Source: Candidatus Oxydemutatoraceae bacterium (GTDB lineage Bacteria > Pseudomonadota > Gammaproteobacteria > Poriferisulfidales > Oxydemutatoraceae). Taken from it: a stretch of 64,000 nucleotides of DNA. The stretch is taken from NCBI GenBank assembly GCA_965219575.1, contig OZ244779.1, positions 236,769-300,768 on the forward strand, in the 5' to 3' direction. The position numbers and the translations under genes are program-made. Below, in pieces: positions 31,903-42,318 of this stretch. The notes below the pieces were generated by a model. It saw only the letters and a program-made list of their open reading frames with translations. It did no database searches and had not been told where the DNA came from. Numbering within the stretch: the stretch's first letter is position 1; each line of letters opens with the position of its first letter.

Positions 31903-32021
31903 AGAAAAATTACGCGCTATAAATATGTGGTACATCCTGTCTTAAATTCAATAGGTAAGGCGAACTATTTCCTTCATGGAAAGACATCTAAACCTTCCTC
32001 TGCAGAAATAATGGCAGGTAG

Positions 32022-32333
32022 TCAGATAGCCACCTCTAAACTATCCGATTGTCCTTGGTTATCAAACCAACTCAGTTTGACTACTTTGGATTCTTCCCCT
32101 CCCTTGAACTTGAAGGAGATAAACGGATTCTGAGAGACACCGGTTCCCCAGTAGGCGGTGAAGACTTTTTTACCCTCGTATTCGCCGATCACCGTTTGTA
32201 TGAAGTTTGCCGGGATCGTCTCGCCGGTCTCTTCGTCAACTCTACGCCCGGTCTCCATAGGATGCTTGATCAGTGCTTTAACGATTACTTCGTCATCGTT
32301 TTTGCTAATCCGCATTTTGATCGTTTTTTCCAT
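32022..32333 (-). CDS. soxZ: Sulfur carrier complex protein SoxZ
   Basis: LIKHPMETG, PANFIQ, VSQNPFISF, WFDNQG. Confidence 0.93.
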   Translation of the reverse strand: MEKTIKMRISKNDDEVIVKALIKHPMETGRRVDEETGETIPANFIQTVIGEYEGKKVFTAYWGTGVSQNPFISFKFKGGEESKVVKLSWFDNQGQSDSLEVAI

Positions 32334-32348
32334 TATTCACTCCCGAGG

Positions 32349-32792
32349 CTAACCACAACCGCCGGCGGTGACCTTGACTTCTTGGCTTGCACTATAATAT
32401 CGGTCGTCGGCTTTGACGAGTGCAACTACATTAGAAGTCTCACGCACTTTTATGTTCGCGGCAACAAAAGGCTCACTCTCTCCCATCATTAGAAATTGAG
32501 AAGTCAACGGCACGGGATTTTTATCGACTAAAATACTAATCCATTCTACATTGTCCATCTTAGCCTCCACTTCAACTCTGACTTGAGCTCCGTTTTCGGC
32601 AATTTTGGGTGCTACCAAAGTGATGTCTCCGTCCTGTGGATCGCCTTGTGAAATAGCGGCGATTGCCTGCGCAAAGTCGGTCTTCCCAAATGCATCTTGC
32701 GGCCACTCGGCGAATGCCAACGACGGTGCCACCAAAGAGGCAATGCCGGCGGCGATGCTTTTTTCAATAAATTCTCTACGACGATTGTCCAT
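32349..32792 (-). CDS. soxY: Sulfur carrier protein SoxY
   Basis: Tat signal RRREF, APKIAENG, NPVP, C-terminal VKVTAGGCG. Confidence 0.94.
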   Translation of the reverse strand: MDNRRREFIEKSIAAGIASLVAPSLAFAEWPQDAFGKTDFAQAIAAISQGDPQDGDITLVAPKIAENGAQVRVEVEAKMDNVEWISILVDKNPVPLTSQFLMMGESEPFVAANIKVRETSNVVALVKADDRYYSASQEVKVTAGGCG

Positions 32793-32852
32793 ATATTGCT
32801 ACCTCTCATCTGATAAACTAGGCAATTATAACATACTTAGATAGGGCTTGAT

Positions 32853-32966
32853 TTGCGAACCACCACTGCTTTTTGCTTATTGATGATATTACTGCTCGGT
32901 GCTTGCGGGCAATCGGGACCGCTGTACCTGCCGCCCGAAGAAATGCAACAAAAAGAAACGCAATGA
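32853..32966 (+). CDS. lptM: LptM/YifL-like small lipoprotein (37 aa, absent from the ORF track)
   Basis: Translated by hand: LLLGACGQSGPLYLP; stop overlaps the lysA start (ATGA). Confidence 0.85.
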   Translation: MRTTTAFCLLMILLLGACGQSGPLYLPPEEMQQKETQ

Positions 32967-34234
32967 AAGATTATACGCATACGGCACCGTCCTTACATTC
33001 GGTGCACCGACAACTATATTGCGAGGATGTTCCTCTTGAAAAAATAGCCTATGAATGTGGCACACCCGTTTATGTTTATTCCAAAGCTGCGATTGAAAAA
33101 AACTTGCATACTTTGGCCGACGCATTCAAAGGGCAACAATACCAAATCCATTATGCGGTCAAGGCGTGTTCCAATATCGCAATACTCAATTTATTAGCAC
33201 GGCTCGGTAGCGGTTTTGATATCGTCTCGGGCGGCGAACTCGAACGGGTGCGCCGAGGCGGCGGCGATACCGGAAAAACCGTATTCTCGGGCGTGGGCAA
33301 ACAACAATGGGAAATAGAAGCTGCCCTACGCGCCGGTGTTTTTTGTATCAATGTAGAATCGGAATCGGAACTGCTACTGATAGAAAAAGTTGCCGGTATG
33401 CTTGACATGAAAGCTCCGGTCGCAATACGCATCAACCCCGATGTAGATGCCGAAACACATCCTTATATTGCGACCGGCTTACACCATAATAAATTCGGCG
33501 TCGACCCGCAACAAGCGATAGCACTTTATCAAAAAATACACCGCAGTCCTTTGTTGCAGGAATGTGGCATCGCATGCCATATCGGTTCACAAATTATGTC
33601 CCCCGAACCTTATGCCGTCGCGCTACAGCAGCTTGTTGAAACGGCAGACCGACTTTGCGAGAACGGTCTACAAGTTACCCACATTGATATAGGGGGCGGC
33701 TTCGGTATTCGTTATAAGGACGAAACACCACCAGACGCTTCGGACTATGCAAACATAATTAAAAATATCATCGCCGATCGTCCCTATCGTTTATTGATAG
33801 AACCGGGGCGCTTCGTCGTCGGCAACGCCGGCGTGTTGCTTACCCGAGTGGTACATATCAAACAAACACACCAAAAGCACTTTGCGGTAGTCGACGCAGC
33901 AATGAACGATCTGTTGCGCCCTTCGTTATATCAGGCGTGGCACGACATCGTGCCGGTTACAGCGCACAAGGCCGACCTTAAAGACTACGACATCGTAGGA
34001 CCGGTATGCGAAAGTGCGGATGCTTTGGGCTATCAACGTCGGCTAATTCTGCGCCCAAACGATTTACTCGCCGTACTATCGACCGGTGCCTACGGCTTTA
34101 GTATGTCCAGCAATTACAATACCAGACCCAAGCCGATGGAGGTATTGGTGAATGGTGATACCTTTGATATTATCCGATGTCGCGAGAGCCTTCAGGATTT
34201 AATAGAAACCGAATGTCTACCGCCTCCAGAGTAA
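32963..34234 (+). CDS. lysA: Diaminopimelate decarboxylase
   Basis: YAVKA, DIVSGGE, HIGSQ, IEPGR, GPVCES, MSSNYN. Confidence 0.96.
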   Translation: MKDYTHTAPSLHSVHRQLYCEDVPLEKIAYECGTPVYVYSKAAIEKNLHTLADAFKGQQYQIHYAVKACSNIAILNLLARLGSGFDIVSGGELERVRRGGGDTGKTVFSGVGKQQWEIEAALRAGVFCINVESESELLLIEKVAGMLDMKAPVAIRINPDVDAETHPYIATGLHHNKFGVDPQQAIALYQKIHRSPLLQECGIACHIGSQIMSPEPYAVALQQLVETADRLCENGLQVTHIDIGGGFGIRYKDETPPDASDYANIIKNIIADRPYRLLIEPGRFVVGNAGVLLTRVVHIKQTHQKHFAVVDAAMNDLLRPSLYQAWHDIVPVTAHKADLKDYDIVGPVCESADALGYQRRLILRPNDLLAVLSTGAYGFSMSSNYNTRPKPMEVLVNGDTFDIIRCRESLQDLIETECLPPPE

Positions 34235-34256
34235 CCTAAAGTAAAATAGTTGACAG

Positions 34257-35204
34257 ATGCGACTCTTTAACAATATTAATCTTATGAGACATCGGCAGCG
34301 TTTATGGTTCAAGCGCAAGATTCGTGCTTTTAGAGATATAGAAATTTCTAGACTGCTTGTGAAAGCCACATGTCGTTCCATTGCTTATGGTAAAAGAATA
34401 GAACTAGGAAATTCTTCTAAAGATCTACGAATAATGTTGCAAATAGTAGGTTTTCCTAGGTCCGGCTCTTCATTACTTGGTTATTTGCTAACAGCACATC
34501 CTAATATGATTGTTGCCGACGAAGCACTGCACCCTAAACCAAATGTGCAGATGTACTCTAATTTAGACAAAATATTTAATCAAATCTTAAGGCATGATTA
34601 TGATATACAACTTAGAGCGCGCGTATGGTCAAAATTAAAAAAAATTTTTCACGATGCTATTAGTACAAAACATAGAGAAGAAAACTATATTCTTATCCAC
34701 AATCAATATCAAGGTCGTTTCAAGCAATTGAAAGTTATAGGAAATAAAGATTACTATTTAAATGTACCGATTCTTCTGAGTAATGATACATTAAAACTCC
34801 TCAAAAAGAGCACTAAGGAAAATAACATTGCATTGAAGTGGATTTTTCCAGTTCGAAATCCTTATGATATGTACTCAACCATGCTTAGATATCCTCATCC
34901 TAGAAATGAATTAATTGAAATTTGTTTGAAAAATAAAGAGTTTCTTGAACAAATTGACTCCCAAGATATATTTATAGCAAGGCATGAAGATATGGTTGCA
35001 AATCCTCGTTCACAATTAGCTAAAATTTGTGATTTTTTACAAGTACCTGCCCCCTCCGATTATCTAGATGACTGCGCCTCGGTTGTTAATAAAGAACCTC
35101 ATAAGAGTCGCTTTCAGCATAATTGGACAAAAAAAGAAAAACAGACCATAGCATCGCTCATTGAAAAATATGGTTTTTTCTCGGGATACGATTGGCACAC
35201 TTGA
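34257..35204 (+). CDS. Sulfotransferase family protein
   Basis: GFPRSGSSLL..LTAHP, VRNPYD, HEDMVANP...ICDFL; AT-rich. Confidence 0.82.
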   Translation: MRLFNNINLMRHRQRLWFKRKIRAFRDIEISRLLVKATCRSIAYGKRIELGNSSKDLRIMLQIVGFPRSGSSLLGYLLTAHPNMIVADEALHPKPNVQMYSNLDKIFNQILRHDYDIQLRARVWSKLKKIFHDAISTKHREENYILIHNQYQGRFKQLKVIGNKDYYLNVPILLSNDTLKLLKKSTKENNIALKWIFPVRNPYDMYSTMLRYPHPRNELIEICLKNKEFLEQIDSQDIFIARHEDMVANPRSQLAKICDFLQVPAPSDYLDDCASVVNKEPHKSRFQHNWTKKEKQTIASLIEKYGFFSGYDWHT

Positions 35205-35224
35205 GAAATCCGGCATAGACCTCT

Positions 35225-35881
35225 ATGAAAAGAATACCCGAAGCCGAATTGATGGACGGCGAGGAGCAAGCACGAGCTTATGCAAACGCGGATTTCAATC
35301 AGCCGCATAGTTTAGTGATGGAACATTTTACGCGTTGCATGCCCGATTTGCCCGAAACCGGTGCATGGATTGATTTGGGGTGTGGCGACGGTGAAATTAC
35401 CGTACGCTTGGCAAAGCTTTGTCCTAAAGCCTGCATAGACGCAGTAGACGGTTCCGCTGCCATGTTGCGCTATGCGAAAAAACGTTTTGAACGCGAGCGT
35501 GTTGATCGACAAATACGTTTAATCAAAGCAACCCTTCCCGAAATTCGCTTAGACAAGAATAGTTATGACGGGATTTTATCAACCAGCTTTCTGCATCATC
35601 TACATAACCCACAAGTGCTGTGGGATTGCGTGAAAATGCTTGCCAAAGATAACGCCCGTATTTTCATTGCCGACTTATGTCGACCTCAAAGCGAACAACA
35701 TGTAGACCAACTTGTAGAACGATATGCCGCAACGGAACCGCCGATATTGCAAAGAGATTTTCGCAATTCGCTCTGCGCAGCGTTTACTCCCGACGAAATC
35801 AAAGACCAGCTAAAGGATGCCGAAATTACACACCTGCATATAGAAACCATCAGCGATCGTCATCTCATCGTTCACGGCTAG
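35225..35881 (+). CDS. Class I SAM-dependent methyltransferase
   Basis: DLGCGDG, VDGSAAML, LHHL. Confidence 0.88.
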   Translation: MKRIPEAELMDGEEQARAYANADFNQPHSLVMEHFTRCMPDLPETGAWIDLGCGDGEITVRLAKLCPKACIDAVDGSAAMLRYAKKRFERERVDRQIRLIKATLPEIRLDKNSYDGILSTSFLHHLHNPQVLWDCVKMLAKDNARIFIADLCRPQSEQHVDQLVERYAATEPPILQRDFRNSLCAAFTPDEIKDQLKDAEITHLHIETISDRHLIVHG

Positions 35882-36533
35882 ACTGCCCCAAAGACAACAC
35901 AGACCAGTTGTTTTGCTTTGCGTGCTTCATTAGCATCGCATCACCGTTGACCACGACAGGACGATCAACCCACGACAAAAGCGGTATATCGTTAAAAGAG
36001 TCGCTATAGAACCAACTTTTTTGATAGTCCGGTTTGTTTTTGTTTAACCATTTTTCCAAACAGGTGATTTTTCCTTTCCCAAAGCAAGGCACGCCCGATA
36101 TGTCTCCGGTGAAACATCCTTCGCTTAACTCGGGCTCCGTAGCAATCATTGTTTGTATGCCGAACATCTTGCCTATGGGTTCGGTGATAAACGAATTGGT
36201 AGAGGTGATAATCGCCGTAAAATCGCCTTTGTCTCGATGTAGTCGGACAAGATCTATCGCTTCGGTTGTAACCATCGGTTCTATTTTTTCCGCTAAAAAT
36301 TGTTCGCGCCATTCCAACAGTTGCGGCATCGTATTTTGCGCAAGCGGTTGCAACACAAATTTAATATACTCGGTTATATCGAGTTTCCCGCGTTGATATG
36401 CTTCAAAAAATTCGTGATTACACTTTTTATAATCCGCATCTACCGCGCCGATTTCGCATAGAAATTGCCCCCAACTGAAATCGCTGTCGCCGTCTAAAAG
36501 CGTATGGTCTAAATCGAATAATACCAAGTCCAT
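35865..36533 (-). CDS. HAD-IB hydrolase (possible histidinol-phosphatase)
   Basis: FDLDHTLL, FYSDSFNDIPLL. Confidence 0.88.
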   Translation of the reverse strand: MDLVLFDLDHTLLDGDSDFSWGQFLCEIGAVDADYKKCNHEFFEAYQRGKLDITEYIKFVLQPLAQNTMPQLLEWREQFLAEKIEPMVTTEAIDLVRLHRDKGDFTAIITSTNSFITEPIGKMFGIQTMIATEPELSEGCFTGDISGVPCFGKGKITCLEKWLNKNKPDYQKSWFYSDSFNDIPLLSWVDRPVVVNGDAMLMKHAKQNNWSVLSLGQSSRER

Positions 36534-36603
36534 AATGATGATAAAGTATCTATATAATGCCCAATCGTATTATTATATGTAATCCGCAGATTGAGATAGA
36601 TCG

Positions 36604-37050
36604 ATGTTAGACGAAAATGGATATAGGCCGGGCGTAGGGATGATTATCCGCCACCGCAACGGCAAAATACTGTGGTGTAAACGCAAGGAGATCGATGCAT
36701 GGCAATTTCCTCAGGGCGGGATAGAAGCGGACGAAACACCCGAGATGGCGATGTGGCGAGAACTGCACGAGGAGACGGGTCTGCTTGCCCGGCATGTGCG
36801 CTTGGTTCGGACGACCAATCAATGGTTTCATTATGAATTTCCCGAAACATTAAAGATGAATTATAAAGGACAGAAACAGATTTGGTTCTTGTTGGAATTA
36901 TCGACCGACGATAGCCGTATCAACTTAACGGGAGTAAATGAATTCGAGCAGTGGTGCTGGGTGGATTGGTGGCATCCACTTCAAGAGATCGTGGCTTTTA
37001 AGCGAGAAACCTATAAAAAAGTGTTGGCGTATTTCGCTGCTCACGAATGA
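36604..37050 (+). CDS. rppH: RNA pyrophosphohydrolase
   Basis: GYRPGVG, WQFPQGG, RELHEETGL, GQKQIWF. Confidence 0.93.
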   Translation: MLDENGYRPGVGMIIRHRNGKILWCKRKEIDAWQFPQGGIEADETPEMAMWRELHEETGLLARHVRLVRTTNQWFHYEFPETLKMNYKGQKQIWFLLELSTDDSRINLTGVNEFEQWCWVDWWHPLQEIVAFKRETYKKVLAYFAAHE

Positions 37051-37068
37051 GATATCTATGCCTATGGT

Positions 37069-37494
37069 TTAAGCCGGTTTGAATACCGCAAGCCATATGA
37101 TGGCAACCAATGCAACAAAGGTGACCTCGTTAAACCACCGATACCATACATGACTGTGCTTATTTCTACCTTGCTTGAACGATTGTAGCAACATCCCGCA
37201 CCAAACATGGTACGCCAATAAAAGCAAAACAAAAGCGAGCTTCAAATGTAACCACCATTGCGTTTGATACGCAGCCCATCCCTCTATCAGCATAGCAAAT
37301 CCGAAAATCACCGTGAGTATCGCACTGGGGGTCATAATGCCCCAGAATAACTTGCGCTCCATAACCGTCAAACATTTAATCGTAGCATCCTCGGTAGCCA
37401 TCGCATGATAGACGAAAAGGCGCGGCAAATAAAACAAGCCGGCAAACCATGCGACCATAAATATCAAATGGAGTGCTTTGTACCAAATAAACAT
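37069..37494 (-). CDS. hemJ: Protoporphyrinogen oxidase HemJ
   Basis: KALHLI..VAWFAGLFYLPRLFVYH, RWFNE, KP. Confidence 0.93.
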   Translation of the reverse strand: MFIWYKALHLIFMVAWFAGLFYLPRLFVYHAMATEDATIKCLTVMERKLFWGIMTPSAILTVIFGFAMLIEGWAAYQTQWWLHLKLAFVLLLLAYHVWCGMLLQSFKQGRNKHSHVWYRWFNEVTFVALVAIIWLAVFKPA

Positions 37495-37801
37495 GTAAAT
37501 ATATTATCATCTCGGTCGGCTAAGACGAATAACGGTGTACGATGCCATGATATATTGGACAAATAGCGGCACAAGGAAGCACGTTGTTGTGCCGATTTTT
37601 ATAAGCCAAACCGGGGGCGATCTTTTGAAGTGATAACGCACCACTACGCTCAATATACCTACACACCCGTCGGTGAATAAAAGCCGTTTTCGGTTAAAAT
37701 ATGCTAAATCAGCCGAGCTTTGCAGGCACTTTTGCCGACTAAAGCTATTCATAACGGTAAGCTATATCAAAGATAACGGATAAAGATAGGACAAATTCAT
37801 C

Positions 37802-38914
37802 GTGGCAGACCTTCGACCAAAGAGAAAAAAATATCTATTATTTTCTATGTCCTCGAGAAACACCGGGATGGACAATGTGTTCACAATGTTGGAGCGTGTT
37901 TTTAGAGAGGCTCGGCATTTAGGTAGGATTCCCGCGGTCGGGAAATTCACTATAGGTCCGACTCATAACCTGGGTAAGGTTAAGTCCGATTTCTGCTTTG
38001 AAGATTACCTCGATCTATCGAACAGTATCACTTACAAGTTTGAAGAGGGATATCATAAAGCCGTTTCATCTCATTTGGATTGGGTCAAAGAGGAAGATTT
38101 AGATTTGAAGTCTTGTTTTTTTGATACGATGTATTTTCTTTCCGACGATGAAATCGTCGGCGAAGAAATGAATAACCATTATGATGTACTGATCAGAAGA
38201 GACCCGTCGTTTAAGTACGCTCGAACACATACACGGTATGAAGTCGACGATATCTCTATCGGTTTTCGGTATTCGGAGCGGGTCGACACATTGACCGATA
38301 AAGTACTGGATGTTTTGGGAACATCTCGGACGCATGCAACGGCGGCACAGCACTATTTTTCAAGTCGTTTCAATAGTGCCGATTGGTGTGATAGCACAAT
38401 GGCAGATGTGCTCGAACCGAACACAAATTATTATGCGTGTATGCATGTGCGTATGTCCGACCGAGAGTCTCAATGGCCTGTATTCGAGTTTAGTTCATCA
38501 AAAGAACACATTAAATCGGTGCTTGAACATTCAATTAGCAAAGGCTCGCAACTTTACATCATGTCCGACATACATCAACCCGACTTTTTTGATTTTTTGA
38601 AATCCGACTATCGTGTCTACCGCTACCACGACTTTCCCGATTTGAAACGGCTGGTCTCGGAGGAATCCGGTGGCAAAATAGACAATGTGATGCTTTATCT
38701 AGCCGAGAAAAACATTATGAAACATGCCACGGTTAAGATTTTACCACCGCATAAAGGACCGATGGTTTATCATCTAAATACGGTTTACGATCTCACTCTC
38801 TTAAAGAACCCGCCTCGCAAGAGGCTTCGTCCTACGGAGTTCCAAAAATTTTGGCGCGACGGTATGGAAAAATTAAGCCCTAAGCGGCTGTTTAACCGCA
38901 CCTTTATCGGATAA
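37802..38914 (+). CDS. O-fucosyltransferase-like (GT-B) protein, copy 1
   Basis: GMDN near the N-terminus, FEDYLDL, YACMHVR..D and LYIMSD resemble O-FucT motifs; family call is inferred. Confidence 0.55.
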   Translation: MADLRPKRKKYLLFSMSSRNTGMDNVFTMLERVFREARHLGRIPAVGKFTIGPTHNLGKVKSDFCFEDYLDLSNSITYKFEEGYHKAVSSHLDWVKEEDLDLKSCFFDTMYFLSDDEIVGEEMNNHYDVLIRRDPSFKYARTHTRYEVDDISIGFRYSERVDTLTDKVLDVLGTSRTHATAAQHYFSSRFNSADWCDSTMADVLEPNTNYYACMHVRMSDRESQWPVFEFSSSKEHIKSVLEHSISKGSQLYIMSDIHQPDFFDFLKSDYRVYRYHDFPDLKRLVSEESGGKIDNVMLYLAEKNIMKHATVKILPPHKGPMVYHLNTVYDLTLLKNPPRKRLRPTEFQKFWRDGMEKLSPKRLFNRTFIG

Positions 38915-38930
38915 AGATTTACCACCGAAT

Positions 38931-40091
38931 ATGGCAAAAAAATATCTTTTGTTTTCCATGTCTCAACGGACAACAGGCATGGATAACGTATTTAGAATGT
39001 TGAATCTTGTTTTCAAGGAAGCCCAACATCTGAACAGAATTCCTGTTGTCGGAAAATTTACTCTGAACCCGAGTCATAACCTAAATAAGCATCGCTGCGA
39101 CTTATGCTTTGAAGATTACCTCGACTTGTCGAACAGCGAGACTTGCCGACTTGAAAGAGGATATCATAGACCCGTTGCATCTTACCTCAATTGGGTTAAA
39201 GAAGAAGATTTAGATTTGAAGTCTTGTTTTTTTGATAAGGTATATTTTCTTTCCGACGATGAAATCGTTAGCGAAGAAATGAATCTGCGCTACGATGTGT
39301 TAATTCGCAGAGACCCGACATTTAAGTACGTCGGCACTTGCAAAGCGTATAGATACGGCAAGCACTTGATAGACTTTAGGTACTCCGAGAAGCTGGACAA
39401 ACTGACCGATGAAGTATTAGATGTTCTGGGAACATCTCGGGCACATGCAATGGCGGCGCAGCACTATTTTTTAAGTCGTTTCAATAGTGCCGATTGGTGT
39501 GATAGCACAATGGCAGATGTGCTCGAACCGAACACAAATTATTATGCGTGTATGCATGTGCGTATGTCCGACCGAGAGTCTCAATGGCCTGTATTCGAGT
39601 TTAGTTCATCAAAAGAACACATTAAATCGGTGCTTGAACATTCAATTAGCAAAGGCTCGCAACTTTACATCATGTCCGACATACATCAACCCGACTTTTT
39701 TGATTTTTTGAAATCCGACTATCGTGTCTACCGCTACCATGATTTTCCCGATTTGAAGCGGCTGGTCTCGGAGGAATCCGGTTGCAAAATAGACAATGTG
39801 ATGCTCTATTTAGTCGAAAAAAACATTATGAAACATGCCACGATTAAGATTTTACCACCGCATAAAGGACCGATGATCTATCATCTCAATACGGTTTACG
39901 ATCTCACTATCTTAAAAAAACTTCCAATAAGATTAGGGATGCGGACCTTGAAGCGCATGGTTCGCGATCTTATTTTCTCAAAAGAACCGCTAAGCAAGAA
40001 ACTAAGGCTTAGAACACTTCAGAAATTCCGTACAGGCTGTATAAAAAAATTAAAATTCAGGCAGCCGTCGAATAGCATTGTCGGCAAATAA
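38931..40091 (+). CDS. O-fucosyltransferase-like protein, copy 2
   Basis: Close paralog of copy 1. Confidence 0.55.
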   Translation: MAKKYLLFSMSQRTTGMDNVFRMLNLVFKEAQHLNRIPVVGKFTLNPSHNLNKHRCDLCFEDYLDLSNSETCRLERGYHRPVASYLNWVKEEDLDLKSCFFDKVYFLSDDEIVSEEMNLRYDVLIRRDPTFKYVGTCKAYRYGKHLIDFRYSEKLDKLTDEVLDVLGTSRAHAMAAQHYFLSRFNSADWCDSTMADVLEPNTNYYACMHVRMSDRESQWPVFEFSSSKEHIKSVLEHSISKGSQLYIMSDIHQPDFFDFLKSDYRVYRYHDFPDLKRLVSEESGCKIDNVMLYLVEKNIMKHATIKILPPHKGPMIYHLNTVYDLTILKKLPIRLGMRTLKRMVRDLIFSKEPLSKKLRLRTLQKFRTGCIKKLKFRQPSNSIVGK

Positions 40092-42318
40092 AAGTTTACT
40101 TAAAAACATGACAAAAAAGTACTTTTTGTTTTCGATGACCGAGCGTAAAACCGGTGTGGATAATGTGTTTAGAATGTTGAACCTTATTTTTAAGGAAGCT
40201 CGACATTTGAATAGAATTCCCGTAATCGGAAAATTCGGTATGAGCCAAAGGCATAACTTAGGTAATAGAAGAGCCAACTTTTGTTTCGAAGATTACCTCG
40301 ATTTATCAAACGGTATCACCGTCGAGCGTAAGCAAGGATGTCATAGACCGACTGCATCTCGTCTGGATTGGATTAGGGAAGAAGAGCTGGATTTAGCCGG
40401 TTATTCATCCGGCAAAGTATATAACCTTGCCGACGATGAAATCGTCGGCGAAGAAATGAACCAACGCTACGATGTATTGATTCGTAGGGACCCGACATTT
40501 AAGTATGTCGACACTTGTAAAGAATATAGATACGGCAACTACTTAATAGACTTTCCGTGTTCGGAGAAAGTAAATAAACTCAGCGACGAGGTACTAGGTG
40601 CTTTGGGTATATCTCGCCGAGATGCGATGGCAGCACAACATTATTTTCTAAATAAAGTAAATAGTAGCGAATGGAATGTGCAGCATGACTGCATTCCTCT
40701 GAATAAAGTTTATTACGCGTGTATGCATGTACGCGCATCGACTCAAGATAGAGATCACGCCCAACCCATATTTCCGTCTACGGCGACCAAGGGGCAAATA
40801 GAATCGGTGCTTAAATATGCCGTCAAAAAAAGGGCGCAGCTTTATATCATGTCCGATATACATCGGCCCGACTTCTTTGATTTTCTAAAATCCGACTATC
40901 GTGTCTACCGCTATTACGACTTTCCCGACTTAAGAAAACTTGTTTCGGGTGAGGGGGGTAGAAAAATAGATAATGTGATGCTCTACTTGGTTGAAAAAAA
41001 CATCATGAAGCATGCTACGGTTAAAATTTTGCCACCCCACAAAGGCCCGATGATTTATAACCTCAATACGGTCTACGATTTCACTTTCTCGAAGAAGCCA
41101 CTGTCCAATGAGCCAATCGATAAAAAATTGCCGAAGAAACTGTCACCCGAGAGATCACTCGCTACGGATTCATTAAACGAACCGTCGCTCAAAAGCCTTT
41201 TCACCGGAAAATTGCAGGGGATTCGGCGTACTGCACGGAAAAAAATAAGTTTTATGCAGGCGGCAATATCGTCATTGAATAAAAATTTACAAGCGAATAA
41301 ATATCTCTTATTTTCTATGGCCGAGCGTAAAACGGGTGTCGATAATGTGTTTAGAATGTTGAATCTTGTTTTTAAGGAGGCCCGACACCTCGATAGAATT
41401 CCCGTCATCGGAGAATTTACTATGAGTCCGACCCATAATTTAGGTAATCTCAGGGCCGATTTGCGTTTTGAAGATTACCTTGATTTATCAAACGGCATCA
41501 CCGTTAAATTTGAACAAGGATGTCATAAATCTAGTACACTTCATCAAGGTTGGATTAAAGAAAAGGAACTGAATTTAGCCGACTATTCGCCCGACAAAAT
41601 ATATGACCTTGCCGCCGATGAAATCGTCGGCGAAGAGATGAACCAACGCTACGATGTGTTGGTTCGTAGAGATCCGACATTTGATTATGTTAACGCCTGC
41701 AAAAAGTATAAACATAGCGACTACTTCATAGACTTTCCGTATTCGGAAAAAGTGAAGAGACTCGTAGACGAGACGCTGAATATCCTAGGCATATCTCGTA
41801 AGGATGCAATGACGGCACAACGTTATTTTCTAAATAGAACACACGACGAGGTAAGCGACGAGCAGTACGGCGGCATTTCTTTGAACAGAGTTTATTATGC
41901 GTGTATGCATGTGCGTGCATCGATTAAAGATAGAGATTACGAGCAACCGATATTCCCGTTTACGGCAGCAAAGAAGCAAATTAAATCGGTGCTGGAACAG
42001 TCGCTTAGCAAAGGCTCTCGGCTCTATATTATGTCCGATATACACAGACCCAAGTTTTTTGATTTTCTAAAATCCGATTACCGAGTATACCGCTATTATG
42101 ACTTTGCCAATTTAAGAGGACTTGTTTCAGGTGAGAATCACGAAAAAATAGACAATGTGATGCTCTATTTGGTGGAAAAAAACATCATGAAATATGCGGC
42201 GGTCAAAATTTTACCACCCCACAAAGGGCCGATGATCTATCATCTCAACACGGCTTACGATCTTTCGATCTTAAAAGAACCCCCGACAACGAGAGAAAGA
42301 CAGGATTTCGAATCGTGA
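40078..42318 (+). CDS. O-fucosyltransferase-like protein with two tandem domains
   Basis: Two complete copies of the same domain joined by a basic linker; start may be 40108. Confidence 0.55.
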   Translation: MSANKSLLKNMTKKYFLFSMTERKTGVDNVFRMLNLIFKEARHLNRIPVIGKFGMSQRHNLGNRRANFCFEDYLDLSNGITVERKQGCHRPTASRLDWIREEELDLAGYSSGKVYNLADDEIVGEEMNQRYDVLIRRDPTFKYVDTCKEYRYGNYLIDFPCSEKVNKLSDEVLGALGISRRDAMAAQHYFLNKVNSSEWNVQHDCIPLNKVYYACMHVRASTQDRDHAQPIFPSTATKGQIESVLKYAVKKRAQLYIMSDIHRPDFFDFLKSDYRVYRYYDFPDLRKLVSGEGGRKIDNVMLYLVEKNIMKHATVKILPPHKGPMIYNLNTVYDFTFSKKPLSNEPIDKKLPKKLSPERSLATDSLNEPSLKSLFTGKLQGIRRTARKKISFMQAAISSLNKNLQANKYLLFSMAERKTGVDNVFRMLNLVFKEARHLDRIPVIGEFTMSPTHNLGNLRADLRFEDYLDLSNGITVKFEQGCHKSSTLHQGWIKEKELNLADYSPDKIYDLAADEIVGEEMNQRYDVLVRRDPTFDYVNACKKYKHSDYFIDFPYSEKVKRLVDETLNILGISRKDAMTAQRYFLNRTHDEVSDEQYGGISLNRVYYACMHVRASIKDRDYEQPIFPFTAAKKQIKSVLEQSLSKGSRLYIMSDIHRPKFFDFLKSDYRVYRYYDFANLRGLVSGENHEKIDNVMLYLVEKNIMKYAAVKILPPHKGPMIYHLNTAYDLSILKEPPTTRERQDFES

